DNA of 63,786 nucleotides, filler included, from Gemmatimonadota bacterium (lineage in GTDB: Bacteria > 4572-55 > J002), in the NCBI GenBank assembly GCA_003697105.1. It is 8 parts of 8 records of this genome, joined end to end, with 100 filler letters (N's around TTAATTAATTAA, not from the genome) between each part and the next. Parts side by side here need not be neighbours in the genome. Positions count along the whole stretch, not along the records: positions 40,551 to 50,985 come from RFFQ01000129.1; positions 51,086 to 54,155 come from RFFQ01000130.1; 6 more parts are not named here. One strand, given 5' to 3'. Under the pieces are notes generated by a model. That model saw nothing but the letters and a program-made list of their open reading frames with translations. It had not been told where the DNA came from and did not search any database. Below are positions 42,131 to 52,296 of the stretch, in pieces. Numbering within the stretch: position 1 is the first letter of the stretch; every line of letters starts with the position of its first letter. The translations under genes and the position numbers were made by a program.

Positions 42131-43049
42131 TGAGCGTTCTCCCCGTTGCTTGAAGAAATAAATCTTCCAAATTGGATTGGCGTAGATAAAATTCACCATT
42201 TTGGAGTGATTCTGCCAAATGGCGCAAGGTATCCAGATCGTTGCAATAAAACAGGGGGGGTTGTGAAGAATCATCGATCCGCACGGCGGAATTGTGAATT
42301 TGGCGGCGCAAAACCTCCCCAGCAGATTTTTTTTGGACTTCCAACACGTAGCGTTCAATGTGGTCGTCCAACAGTTGCTGTGGTTTTCCTTCCATGATTT
42401 TTTCGCCCTTATCCATGATGATGATCTGGTCACAAATCTGAAAGGCTTCTTCCATATAGTGGGTCGTCAATAAAATCGTGATGCCTTCCTCTTTAAGATG
42501 TTGTAATTTTTCCCAGATGAGACGGCGCACCTGCGGGTCTAGCCCGGTGGTAGGTTCGTCCAAAATCAGCAATTTCGGTTTATGAATCAGCGCCCGGGCA
42601 ATCACCAGCCGGCGTTGCATTCCACCGGAAAGCTCCCGGATGCGAGCGTGCTTTTTCTCTTTCAATTCGACAAACTCAAGTAATTCATCAATGCGTTTCA
42701 ATGCCATCGTTCGGGGCATATTATAAAACTTGGAGTACACAATCAGGTTTTGAATTACGGATAATTCCGTATCGAGGTTATTATCCTGAGGTACCACCCC
42801 TGATTGGTACTTAATTTCCAGTTCCTGTGTCGCTGGGTCATATCCCATCACATTCACCACACTTGGGGGTACGTTATCGCGCACATTTTTGCCGTAGAGT
42901 ATTTTCATCATGCTGGTTTTGCCGGCGCCGTTGGGTCCCAAAAAACCAAAACAGACTGCCGGAGGAACATCAAAACTTAAATGATTGACTGCCTTAAATG
43001 TACCATATGATTTATGACAGTTCTCAACGTGAATCAACGCAGTACTCAT
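42117..43049 (-). CDS. ABC exporter ATP-binding protein (NodI-like)
   Basis: GPNGAGKT, LSGGMQRR, ILDEPTTGLDP and TTHYMEEA motifs. Confidence 0.92.
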   Translation of the reverse strand: MSTALIHVENCHKSYGTFKAVNHLSFDVPPAVCFGFLGPNGAGKTSMMKILYGKNVRDNVPPSVVNVMGYDPATQELEIKYQSGVVPQDNNLDTELSVIQNLIVYSKFYNMPRTMALKRIDELLEFVELKEKKHARIRELSGGMQRRLVIARALIHKPKLLILDEPTTGLDPQVRRLIWEKLQHLKEEGITILLTTHYMEEAFQICDQIIIMDKGEKIMEGKPQQLLDDHIERYVLEVQKKSAGEVLRRQIHNSAVRIDDSSQPPLFYCNDLDTLRHLAESLQNGEFYLRQSNLEDLFLQATGRTLNEQQ

Positions 43050-43209
43050 CTCTAGTCCTCATCGGGTGAAAATGCGCGGAGATATGGGCAATACCCGTAA
43101 GATCGGGTGTTCGACGGCAATTTATGATAATCTATTCGTTTTTTCAAGAGTACAATTTTTCAAAAATTATGGTTTCATCCACAGGTTCAGTACTGGGGTG
43201 TTCAAAATA

Positions 43210-43239
43210 AAAAGACCCGGAATGTCTCTTCCGGGTCTG
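43210..43239 (-). terminator. Intrinsic terminator of htpG
   Basis: AGACCCGGAA...TTCCGGGTCT hairpin with an A-run. Confidence 0.75.
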
Positions 43240-43263
43240 CTATTGGGGGGTATGATGGTTTGG

Positions 43264-45111
43264 TTACTTGGTCGCTTCCACCAGTAATTCCGTCATTCGG
43301 CTTACAAATTCTGCCGGTGAATTGAGATTATCGTCAATTAGCAACGCCCCTTCAAACAGTTGCAAAATGGTGTTGCGCAAGCGGGGGTCTTTGCTATCTG
43401 CCATGTTCAAACGGGAGAGGTTTTTGATCAACGGGTGGCGCATGTTCACTTCCAGCACCTTTTTAGGGGCGATGAAACTTTGGTCCATCATTTTCATCAT
43501 GCGTTCCATTTGCGGGTCAAGGGCATCTTTGCCGGAGACCAGCGTCACCGCGGAATCTACCAGCCGCTTGGAGGGGATCACATCGGCAACTTTGTCACCC
43601 AAAGTCTCCTTGAACACTTCGATCAGAGATTTGGACAGATTTTCGTTTAACGTTTCTTCAGCGGCGTCATCATCCGGTTTCAAATCCAAATCCGCTTTTT
43701 CAATGGATTGAATCGGCTTTTTGTCATACTCATTGATTCCGGGCACGATGAACACATCACCGGGGTCGGTCAGGAGCAACACTTCAATATCATTTTTCTT
43801 GAAGTATTCTAGGTTGGGATTCCGTTCAATGACCTCGCGATGTTCGCCGGAAAGATAGTAAATTTCCTTCTGATCCGGTTTCATGCGGCTGACATAATCT
43901 TTAAGCGAGGTGTAGTGTCCTTTTTCGGTTTTGGTCGTCTCAAACCGGAGCAGATCAATGATCTTATCACGGTTCGCAAAATCGGTATTGACCCCAAGTT
44001 TGAACATGGGACCAAAATTTTGGTAAAATTTCTCATATTTCGCGTTATCTTCTTTTGCCCACTCTTCTAGCATTCCCAAAATTTTGGTTGTCAGGGTCTT
44101 TTTGATCTTCGCCATGACGGGGCTATTTTGTACGGTCTCCCGGGAGACATTCAGCGGCAAATCTTCGGTATCCACGACTCCGCGTACAAAACGTAGATAC
44201 TCCGGTAGTAAATCCACACAATGCTCCTGAATCATCACTTTATTGGAGTACAGGTGTAGTGACTTCTCCAAATCTTCCTTAAATAGCGTCATTGGCGCAT
44301 GAGACGGAACAAAAATCAGAGCCTTAAAATTAACAACCCCTTCCAAATCCAACTGCAGATGTCCCAAGGGGTCTTCGTAGTCATTGCTGACAAACTTATA
44401 AAATTCGTTCAGTTCCTCTTCTTTGATCTCATCTTTGGATTTATGCCAGAGTGCCTGGACCCGGTTTACATTCTCGCCATTGACAGAAATGGGAAAATCC
44501 ACAAAATTGGAGTACTTTTTGATGATATTCTTCACCCGCCAGTCTTCCGCAAATTCTTGATGATCATCTTTTAAGGTGAACATAATCTTAGTCCCTCGGG
44601 TTGGCTTATCGATCTCCTCAATGGTAAACGTACCTTCACCTTTGGAGGTCCAGCGCAATCCTTTGGAATCGGTGTCGGCATGGCGGGTTTCCACGATAAT
44701 TTCATCCGTAACCATAAACACGGAATAAAACCCAACCCCAAATTGTCCAATCAGATTCCCATCCACCGTTTGGTTTTGTTTTTTCACCTGCTTCAAAAAT
44801 TCGAGCGTACCGGAGCTTGCCACCGTACCCAAACGGTAGATCAAATCCTCTTCGGTCATCCCGATACCCGAATCCTCAATGCTGAACTGTTTTTTTTCTT
44901 TATCCACCTCGATCTTGATTTCGAGGGGCGCATCTGGATCAAGCACATCGGTGTCAGTAAGTTGGCGAAATCGAATTTTATTGAGGGCATCGGACGCATT
45001 GGAAATTAACTCTCGTAAGAAAATTTCGGGGTGAGTATATAGCGAATGTACAATTAAATGAAGTAGTTGCTTCATCTCCGCCTGAAATTCATACTCTTTG
45101 GGATGTGACAT
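43264..45111 (-). CDS. htpG: Chaperone HtpG (Hsp90)
   Basis: [31 protein letters not shown] and DLPLNVSRE motifs. Confidence 0.97.
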   Translation of the reverse strand: MSHPKEYEFQAEMKQLLHLIVHSLYTHPEIFLRELISNASDALNKIRFRQLTDTDVLDPDAPLEIKIEVDKEKKQFSIEDSGIGMTEEDLIYRLGTVASSGTLEFLKQVKKQNQTVDGNLIGQFGVGFYSVFMVTDEIIVETRHADTDSKGLRWTSKGEGTFTIEEIDKPTRGTKIMFTLKDDHQEFAEDWRVKNIIKKYSNFVDFPISVNGENVNRVQALWHKSKDEIKEEELNEFYKFVSNDYEDPLGHLQLDLEGVVNFKALIFVPSHAPMTLFKEDLEKSLHLYSNKVMIQEHCVDLLPEYLRFVRGVVDTEDLPLNVSRETVQNSPVMAKIKKTLTTKILGMLEEWAKEDNAKYEKFYQNFGPMFKLGVNTDFANRDKIIDLLRFETTKTEKGHYTSLKDYVSRMKPDQKEIYYLSGEHREVIERNPNLEYFKKNDIEVLLLTDPGDVFIVPGINEYDKKPIQSIEKADLDLKPDDDAAEETLNENLSKSLIEVFKETLGDKVADVIPSKRLVDSAVTLVSGKDALDPQMERMMKMMDQSFIAPKKVLEVNMRHPLIKNLSRLNMADSKDPRLRNTILQLFEGALLIDDNLNSPAEFVSRMTELLVEATK

Positions 45112-45427
45112 AACCAACCTCCTGTGTTAAGGTGTCATTAAAAGGGTGTCAATTCGACAGAATATAACTTATGTCAGGAACTTTTATAAAAATTTGTGCC
45201 AATTTTAACAGTACGGGGGATTTTGATGACCTTGGCTGCCAGCAAGTATCACAGCGGCTAAAAGCGAATCCGAACAAATGGAAATTTTGTTTTGTTTTTT
45301 GGAGGTAAAGCCCGTATATTACCCCCGATTCGGATTCCATAAACCCTTTCAGGAGAAGCACCTTGTCACGTAACTCCTTCCAGAATCAATTAAACCAGAC
45401 TATTCGCACCATTGAGCCAGATCAACC

Positions 45428-46330
45428 ATGTTATCTGCCCTGATTGCCTACATTTTGTGGGGGTTATTACCGGTTTACTGGAAATGGCTGTCTCACATAC
45501 CGGCGTATGAGATTTTTCTCCACCGTACCGTGTGGTCGTTAGGGTTTGTTGTTGTCTTGCTGGCGTGGCAACGGCACTGGCACGGGTTGAAGCAGGCTCT
45601 GCACAGGCCGGGTGTGTTGTTCTCTGTGTTAGCAAGTTCTCTTTTGCTGGCAACCAACTGGCTAACCTACATTTGGGGGGTCACCTCCGGCAACATTGTA
45701 GAAACGAGCCTCGGCTATTTCATCAACCCGCTGGTCAATGTGCTATTCGGAATGCTTTTTTTACGGGAACAGTTGCGGTGGATGCAGGGTGTGGCCGTCC
45801 TGATCGCCGCTGCGGGAGTATTCTACCTCACCTTTAATTACGGACGGTTCCCTTGGATTGCCCTAACCTTGGCATTCAGTTTTGCGCTCTATAGCTTGCT
45901 CCGCAAAACCATGCCGCTTTCTTCATTGGAAGGCTTATCGATAGAAACGGCGATCCTTTTTTTACCGGCATTGGGCACCCTAATCGCTTTTGAATTCAAG
46001 GGGTTAGGGGCGTTTGGTCACACCGATATTCGAACAACGCTATTGCTAATCTTTACGGGTGTCGCCACCGCATCTCCGTTACTCTTTTTCGCCAGAGGCG
46101 CGAAGTCCATCACCTTAACAACCCTTGGTTTACTTCAATATCTTGCTCCAACGATCCAGTTTGGGTTAGGTGTCTTCGTCTATCATGAAGCGTTCAATAC
46201 CACCCGGTTAATCGGTTTTAGTCTGATTTGGTTCGCATTAGTGATCTACTCCGGCGAAAGTATTTGGAGCTACCACCGCCAGCGTAACGGAAATCGTCCG
46301 GGTAGCACATCACGGTTGCCGGTTTCTTAA
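45428..46330 (+). CDS. rarD: EamA-family transporter RarD
   Basis: AYILWGLLPVYW, SLGYFINPL and GLLQYLAP motifs. Confidence 0.9.
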   Translation: MLSALIAYILWGLLPVYWKWLSHIPAYEIFLHRTVWSLGFVVVLLAWQRHWHGLKQALHRPGVLFSVLASSLLLATNWLTYIWGVTSGNIVETSLGYFINPLVNVLFGMLFLREQLRWMQGVAVLIAAAGVFYLTFNYGRFPWIALTLAFSFALYSLLRKTMPLSSLEGLSIETAILFLPALGTLIAFEFKGLGAFGHTDIRTTLLLIFTGVATASPLLFFARGAKSITLTTLGLLQYLAPTIQFGLGVFVYHEAFNTTRLIGFSLIWFALVIYSGESIWSYHRQRNGNRPGSTSRLPVS

Positions 46331-48340
46331 TCGTATTTCCTCCCGGATGTCCTCCAAAGCGCGCACATACTCTTTTTGTTTGGGGTTCATACGTACCGCT
46401 TCTGCCAAATGATATTCCGCCAGTTCAAACCGATTTTCCACACGGTGTACCGCCGCTAAGGTATAATGGGTCCGGGCATGGGGCATAATCTCCAACGAGG
46501 TTTCTAATGCCTTACGGGCATCGTCCCACATTTTTTGCCCGATTAAATATTCGGCAAGTTGTTGGTAAATAACGGCATACCGTTCTTTATTATCCTCCCG
46601 TACCGGCTTGATAATGAATTGTACAAAAATTAAATCCATAAAATCGCAGTATGCCGGTTTGTAAGTCTTTTTGCTGGCAATGCCAAGGGGTAAGGAGTTA
46701 AAAAACGGTTGGTACTTGGGATATTGGGGGGTAAAGGTCACAAACGTGAAACGGTCTTCTCCTTGTTCTTTGAGGTCTAACATCAATTTGACAAGGGTGG
46801 CATCGTTCAAGCCATCCCCTTTGCGAGGATAAAAAAGCCATTTTTCCAGATAGATGGGACCCAATTCCAGCGGATACCACCAGACATCGGTCATGATCGT
46901 TTTACCCGGTTGTTGTTGGGAGACTTCAATGAACCGTTCGCTGGCTTTCTTTTTATGATACAATAGATAAACTCCGCGTAACTGATTGGTAACACTAAAT
47001 GCCAGTGCCACCAGCAAAACGCCAATCCAAACCGGCTTGAGGGATAGATGCGCCACCCGGATATGTTGCCATACGTACAGCGCAAGGATTGCACAAAGCG
47101 GGTAAAACATCAGCAAAAATCGAGAACCCCATTGCATGGCACCACTGAGCGGACTCACCAAGGAAAATTGAATCACAAACAACCCGAACGTCAAAAGAAT
47201 AAAATTAATCCAAGGACGGTCGTCCTCCGGCTCAATTAAATTTTTGACTAAGAATCCAACGATAACAAGGGGTGTGCCCACCATAAAATTGCAGGAATAC
47301 AAGCTCCCATAAACGGGATTATCATCCATGAATTTGGCAATTAACCCGATCAAACTGATGATCAACGCCGAAATAAACGTGCCCAGCAGGATTTTATCTT
47401 TTTTACGAAACGCCGGAAGAAATGCAACAAGCAAAAACGCGGCATAAGGGATCATCAAAATGGCACTGAGGGTGCGATCTTTCACGGTTTGAAAAAGCAA
47501 GCCATGAAATATCCGCCATTTTTCCGCTAAAATCGCCACCATCCCCGATTCCGGTTTAGCAACTTCACTCAATTCCCAGTTTTTTGTAATGTGAAACCCT
47601 AGCACAGACCCCGATACCTGCAAATTATACCACACCAGCGGAATCACCCCGATAGCAAAGGCAACCAAAAAAAAGATGATCCCTTTCCGGTGGCGATTGA
47701 ACAACAGATAGGAAATCACCATCGCTGTAACAAGGGCATAAAGTTCCTGCCGCATCCACGTAGCAACCGCCAGAGAGAACCCGGCAATTATCATCTGGGA
47801 TATTGGGGGTGTTTCCCATGAGCGAATGAGGATAAAAAAGGAGAGAACTACCAGCATCGCCGCCGGGGCATGCTCCCAAAATGTCAGGGCATAAAAAAAG
47901 ACCGGCGTCGCCAGACCGACTAGCGGGATGACCCATTCGGCACGATCTATTTGAAGATGTTTCGCCAGTAAAAAGGTGAGCCAGAGCAATAGCACGGCAG
48001 AGAGGCAGGGTATAATATATAACCCCCCATAACCCAGCCCTTGTAACATAAACGAGGAGATCAACGGGAAAAAGAGGGGATAGACCGAATATAATTTGCC
48101 GTCGTTTAGTGCCGAAAAGCGCACCGAAAGAGGCACATTGTAAAATTCGGGGTCAAGTGCCTGACCCGGATAGACCAGATTCACATGTTGGTAATCATTC
48201 GCAATAAGACTGCGGGCATAAATCAGTTTGGCACCATTATCCACTACCCAAAAGCCCTTTTGTGGATAAACAACAATAAGTACCATATAAATCAATGCAA
48301 TGAATATCATAAAAATAAAGGCATTCCGGGTGTTTACCAT
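46310..48340 (-). CDS. Multi-pass GT-C-type membrane glycosyltransferase-like protein with C-terminal TPR
   Basis: About 12 TM; DNGAK loop, FYALTFWEH, WGSRFL; TPR helices at the C-terminus. Confidence 0.7.
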   Translation of the reverse strand: MVNTRNAFIFMIFIALIYMVLIVVYPQKGFWVVDNGAKLIYARSLIANDYQHVNLVYPGQALDPEFYNVPLSVRFSALNDGKLYSVYPLFFPLISSFMLQGLGYGGLYIIPCLSAVLLLWLTFLLAKHLQIDRAEWVIPLVGLATPVFFYALTFWEHAPAAMLVVLSFFILIRSWETPPISQMIIAGFSLAVATWMRQELYALVTAMVISYLLFNRHRKGIIFFLVAFAIGVIPLVWYNLQVSGSVLGFHITKNWELSEVAKPESGMVAILAEKWRIFHGLLFQTVKDRTLSAILMIPYAAFLLVAFLPAFRKKDKILLGTFISALIISLIGLIAKFMDDNPVYGSLYSCNFMVGTPLVIVGFLVKNLIEPEDDRPWINFILLTFGLFVIQFSLVSPLSGAMQWGSRFLLMFYPLCAILALYVWQHIRVAHLSLKPVWIGVLLVALAFSVTNQLRGVYLLYHKKKASERFIEVSQQQPGKTIMTDVWWYPLELGPIYLEKWLFYPRKGDGLNDATLVKLMLDLKEQGEDRFTFVTFTPQYPKYQPFFNSLPLGIASKKTYKPAYCDFMDLIFVQFIIKPVREDNKERYAVIYQQLAEYLIGQKMWDDARKALETSLEIMPHARTHYTLAAVHRVENRFELAEYHLAEAVRMNPKQKEYVRALEDIREEIRLRNRQP

Positions 48341-48366
48341 GACTAGACCTCTTTGGTGTGAATATG

Positions 48367-48400
48367 AAAACGCCCCGTCAGATAAAACTGACAGGGCGAT
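48367..48400 (-). terminator. Terminator after tRNA-Trp
   Basis: CGCCCTGTCAG...CTGACGGGGCG followed by TTTT on the minus strand. Confidence 0.8.
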
Positions 48401-48404
48401 TACA

Positions 48405-48480
48405 TGGCAGGAGTGGCAGGAATCGAACCCGCAGCCCTCGGTTTTGGAGACCGATGCTCTGCCAATTGAGCTACACTCCT
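48405..48480 (-). tRNA. tRNA-Trp (CCA)
   Basis: AGGAGTGTAGCTCAATTGGCAGAGCATCGGTCTCCAAAACCGAGGGCTGCGGGTTCGATTCCTGCCACTCCTGCCA; full cloverleaf. Confidence 0.97.
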
Positions 48481-48493
48481 ATATTTGGACGGT

Positions 48494-48522
48494 ATATTAG
48501 TGCGATTGATCCCGATTGTCAA
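48494..48522 (-). promoter_or_regulatory. Sigma70-type promoter of tRNA-Trp
   Basis: TTGACA-17 bp-TAATAT just upstream of the tRNA. Confidence 0.75.
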
Positions 48523-48544
48523 GCGTTTTTTGCAAAGGATAACA

Positions 48545-48581
48545 AACAAAAAGCACGTCCTGCCTGTGCAAAACGTGCTTT
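48545..48581 (-). terminator. Terminator after the tRNA-like RNA
   Basis: AAAGCACGT...ACGTGCTTT followed by TTGTTTGTT on the minus strand. Confidence 0.7.
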
Positions 48582-48587
48582 GAATAC

Positions 48588-48699
48588 TGGTGAGCAGGGT
48601 GGAATCGAACCACAATCAGCCGCAACTGACCCGGTACTCGCAACTGGCTTTCTAACCCGGTAACAGCATGTTACTGCTTGCTGACCACAGCTCCTGCCC
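48588..48699 (-). ncRNA. 112-nt tRNA-like RNA with an atypical anticodon region
   Basis: Acceptor GGGCAGG/CCTGCTC-A-CCA, D-arm GCTG-TGGT-CAGC, T-arm GTGG-TTCGATT-CCAC, extra arm TCAGT-TGCG-GCTGA. Confidence 0.7.
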
Positions 48700-48898
48700 A
48701 GTGTGATGTCAATTTTTAGAATGATCGATAAATCAGTACAGATATATAATTGGTATAATCCGTGTTGTCAAGGTTTTTGTTAGGTGTTTTTGGTCGTTTT
48801 CAGAATAAAACGCGATTTTTCTTGCGATAAGGGGTGTATTTATGTATTTAAAAGAAAATACGGATGCCATTATGTTGATTTTTTATCTGGGAGAAACC

Positions 48899-50812
48899 AT
48901 GAGCTATCGGTTGACTGACTGGTTACCCATCACCAAAAAAGAAGTTGAGATGCGGGGTTGGGACGAACTCGATGTCATCCTCATTTCCGGTGATGCCTAT
49001 GTCGATCATCCGGCATTTGGGCATGCCGTCATCGGACGCATCATCGAATCTGAAGGATTTCGGGTAGCGATTGTACCCCAACCCAACTGGCGGGATGACT
49101 GGCGCGACTTCAAGAAGATGGGCAAACCGCGTTACTTTTTTGGAGTTACCGCCGGTTGTATGGACCCGATGGTCAATCACTATACCGCCAACAAACGCCG
49201 GCGCTCCAACGATGCCTACACCCCCGGCGGAAAAGCTGGCTTCCGCCCCGATTATGCCACCACGGTTTACACCCAAATTCTAAAAAAACTCTACCCCGAT
49301 GTGCCCGTGATTATTGGTGGGATTGAGGCGTCTCTACGACGCGTGACTCATTACGATTATTGGTCAGACCGGCTCATGCCCTCTATTCTGGTAGATTCAG
49401 GGGCAGACCTGCTGGTTTATGGCATGGGAGAACAACCCCTCCGCCAAATTTTAGCCCTGATGCGCAAAGGCGTTCCCTTTTCGTCACTCAAAACGATCCC
49501 CCAAACCGCGTTTTTACAGGATGCTAACCAACCCCTACCCAAAAATAAAAAATGGGAGACGCTCGAACTGGCCTCCCATGAGGAATGTTTGAATGACAAA
49601 CGGACTTTCGCCCGTAATTTCAAGCACATTGAACAGGAATCCAACAAGCAATTTGCCAACCGATTGACCCAGCGCACCGGGGATCATCTGCTAGTTATCA
49701 ACCCCCCATTCCAGACGATGACGGAACACGAGATCGATGCCTCATTTGATCTGCCCTATACGCGTATGCCACATCCCAAGTACAAAAAACGGGGAGCTAT
49801 CCCCGCCTATGAGATGATCCGCCACTCCGTGAACATGCACCGGGGTTGCTTTGGCGGCTGTAGTTTCTGTACGATTTCTGCCCATCAAGGTAAAATGATC
49901 GCCAGTCGCTCTAAAGCATCCATCCTGAAAGAAGTGGAACAAATAACTCAAATGCCTGATTTTAAAGGGTATATCAGCGATCTAGGTGGTCCCTCTGCGA
50001 ATATGTATAAAATGAAAGGCAAAGACCCATCCATTTGCGATCGCTGCGTCAGTCCCTCGTGTATTCACCCGACCGTGTGCCACAATCTGGATACCAGCCA
50101 TAAGGCATTAACCGATATTTACCAATCGGTTCAGGCACATCCAAAGGTGAAAAAGGCGTTTGTCTCCAGTGGTGTGCGCTACGACCTGTGTCTCAGCCAA
50201 TCCGAAGAAGCGGCAAAAACAGATGGAAAAGCAGAGTACATCGAGCAATTGGTCACCCACCATGTCTCCGGGCGGCTTAAAGTTGCTCCAGAACATACCT
50301 CCGAGGAAGTACTACGCCTGATGCGAAAACCCAAATTTACCTATTTCCATGAATTCAAAAAACGCTTTGACGCCATCTGTAAAAAAGCCGGTCTCAACCA
50401 ACAACTGATCCCCTATTTTATTTCCAGTCACCCCGGCAGCGACATCGAAGATATGGCAAATCTAGCAGTGGAAACCAAAGCGCTCGGCTTTCAGTTAGAG
50501 CAAGTGCAAGATTTTACCCCCACCCCCATGACGGTGGCGACCGTGATTTACTACTCCGGGTACCATCCCTATACGCTCAAACCGGTGAAAACGGTCAAAA
50601 CACAAAACGAAAAACAACAACAGCATAAATTTTTCTTTTGGTACAAACCGGAATACCGCCGCTGGATTCGTACCACGTTGGATAAAATCGGGCGTTCCGA
50701 TTTAGCCGATAAACTGCTTCAACCGGATAAATCCCACCCGAAAAAGCGTACCTTGCTTAATCAACGAAACATCACCAAATATAAACCACGAAAAACATCC
50801 GGTAAAAAATAA
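48899..50812 (+). CDS. YgiQ-family radical SAM protein
   Basis: SGDAYVDHP, RGCFGGCSFC, DLGGPSANMY and EQVQDFTPTPMT motifs. Confidence 0.93.
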   Translation: MSYRLTDWLPITKKEVEMRGWDELDVILISGDAYVDHPAFGHAVIGRIIESEGFRVAIVPQPNWRDDWRDFKKMGKPRYFFGVTAGCMDPMVNHYTANKRRRSNDAYTPGGKAGFRPDYATTVYTQILKKLYPDVPVIIGGIEASLRRVTHYDYWSDRLMPSILVDSGADLLVYGMGEQPLRQILALMRKGVPFSSLKTIPQTAFLQDANQPLPKNKKWETLELASHEECLNDKRTFARNFKHIEQESNKQFANRLTQRTGDHLLVINPPFQTMTEHEIDASFDLPYTRMPHPKYKKRGAIPAYEMIRHSVNMHRGCFGGCSFCTISAHQGKMIASRSKASILKEVEQITQMPDFKGYISDLGGPSANMYKMKGKDPSICDRCVSPSCIHPTVCHNLDTSHKALTDIYQSVQAHPKVKKAFVSSGVRYDLCLSQSEEAAKTDGKAEYIEQLVTHHVSGRLKVAPEHTSEEVLRLMRKPKFTYFHEFKKRFDAICKKAGLNQQLIPYFISSHPGSDIEDMANLAVETKALGFQLEQVQDFTPTPMTVATVIYYSGYHPYTLKPVKTVKTQNEKQQQHKFFFWYKPEYRRWIRTTLDKIGRSDLADKLLQPDKSHPKKRTLLNQRNITKYKPRKTSGKK

Positions 50813-50843
50813 ACCGTGCGGAAATAGTCATTCCGCACGGTTT
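50811..50843. terminator. Bidirectional terminator
   Basis: AAACCGTGCGGAA...TTCCGCACGGTTT between convergent genes. Confidence 0.75.
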
Positions 50844-50873
50844 CTCATTGATTCTATCCGATGCCACCCGCCG

Positions 50874-50985
50874 TTACTTCATCAACACGACCGAATGGGT
50901 TGCCCTAAAAGCATCTACGGTCAATTGGTAGAGATAAATACCACTGGCAACCTCGTTACCATGCGAATCCCTACCGTTCCACTCC
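50874..50985 (-). CDS. C-terminal fragment of a secreted protein (FlgD-Ig/T9SS-like tail)
   Basis: Translates EWNGRDSHGNEVASGIYLYQLTVDAFRATHSVVLMK*. Confidence 0.8.
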
Positions 50986-51085
50986 NNNNNNNNNNNNNNN
51001 NNNNNNNNNNNNNNNNNNNNNNNNNNNNNTTAATTAATTAANNNNNNNNNNNNNNNNNNNNNNNNNNNNNNNNNNNNNNNNNNNN
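50986..51085. other. Artificial contig linker
   Basis: N44-TTAATTAATTAA-N44. Confidence 0.99.
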
Positions 51086-52189
51086 CTGAATATTCGCCGG
51101 GGAGCTTTACTAGACCCATATTGTGGATCCGGGTCATCGTTTGCTTCAGGTCTGGAATGCCATTTATCCGAAATGTACGGGTTTGACATCAACCCGTTGG
51201 CGGTACTCATATCTCGTGTAAAATTCACAAAGGTATCGATTCCCGCTATTATGGAAACAAAAACAAAATTGCGCCATCGTGTTTTTGATTTTATTAAAGA
51301 GGAACAAAACCGTTGTAAACTGCCATTACCCAAAATCACGAATATGGAATACTGGTTTTCAAAAGAAGTCGCCCAGAATCTCAATATACTTCGGCATTTT
51401 ATCTTTCAAATTGAAAATAGGAACCTCCGGCGATTTTTTCTGGTGCCTTTTTCTGAAACAATCCGGGAATGTTCGTACACCCGAAATAACGAATTCAAGT
51501 TATACCGGATGAAACCCGAAGATATGCTATATTTTAACCCGGATGTGTTTGGCTTATACTTCAAAAAACTAAATGATACGATCTTCAGTTATACTCATTT
51601 TTACCTTCCCAAATTAGACGACAATGTAAAAGTCGAGGTCCATTATTCTGAATTTAAACCGAAGCAAAACTTTTATGATGTGATTTTGACTAGTCCACCT
51701 TATGGTGATAGCCGGACAACGGTCGCCTACGGCCAATTTTCCACGCTTTCAAATGAATGGTTGGGAATAGACTATGCCCGGAAAGTAGATAAAATGCTGA
51801 TGGGGGGTGTCACCGCAAAAACCCCTTACCGCAACGGTCTCATCGCTGACTACATTCAGGAAATCAAAAAGATTGATGAAAAGCGAGCCTTACAGGTTTC
51901 CGCATTTTATGATGACCTCGAAAAATCGATCCGCGAAGTGGCAAAAAGTGTCAAACAAAACGGAAAAGCAATTTACATTGTGGGCAACCGAACCGTCAAA
52001 AATATTCAATTACCTACCGACCAATTCATTGCCGAAAAATTTGAGGAAAACGGATTTCGACATCTCGTGACGTATGAACGAGCCTTAAGCAATAAAGTAA
52101 TGCCCTCCAAAAACTCCCCTACAAACAAAAGAGGGAAAACCGTTCATACCATGCTTTCGGAATATATCGTAATTTGTGACAAAAAATAG
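51086..52189 (+). CDS. DNA amino-methyltransferase, probably N4-cytosine, 5' truncated
   Basis: Frame open from the contig start; motif I LLDPYCGSGSS and motif IV ILTSPPY; AT-rich. Confidence 0.85.
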   Translation: MNIRRGALLDPYCGSGSSFASGLECHLSEMYGFDINPLAVLISRVKFTKVSIPAIMETKTKLRHRVFDFIKEEQNRCKLPLPKITNMEYWFSKEVAQNLNILRHFIFQIENRNLRRFFLVPFSETIRECSYTRNNEFKLYRMKPEDMLYFNPDVFGLYFKKLNDTIFSYTHFYLPKLDDNVKVEVHYSEFKPKQNFYDVILTSPPYGDSRTTVAYGQFSTLSNEWLGIDYARKVDKMLMGGVTAKTPYRNGLIADYIQEIKKIDEKRALQVSAFYDDLEKSIREVAKSVKQNGKAIYIVGNRTVKNIQLPTDQFIAEKFEENGFRHLVTYERALSNKVMPSKNSPTNKRGKTVHTMLSEYIVICDKK

Positions 52190-52296
52190 CACATCCCCCA
52201 CCGGTGGGGACGGTTTGGTCTAGGTATCTGGGAACAATTTGGCTTGAATGTCCACCCCATTGAAATCAAAATAACAAGATAACATAAAGGAACTCC

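Noticed and set aside
45185-45202. Sigma54-like TGGCAC upstream of htpG
   Set aside because: The -12 element reads TTTA rather than TTGC; too weak to call.
48340-48480. Island integrated at tRNA-Trp
   Set aside because: No integrase and no duplicated tRNA-Trp 3' end downstream.
48588-48699. Calling the tRNA-like RNA tRNA-Sec, tRNA-Pyl, tRNA-Ser(AGA), tmRNA or SRP RNA
   Set aside because: No UCA or CUA anticodon loop; the stem around TTAGAAA has two mismatches; too short for tmRNA and lacks G3-U70; no SRP domain IV motif.
52196-52209. CCCCACCGGTGGGG palindrome after the methyltransferase
   Set aside because: Short, single copy, no U-tail or attC boxes.
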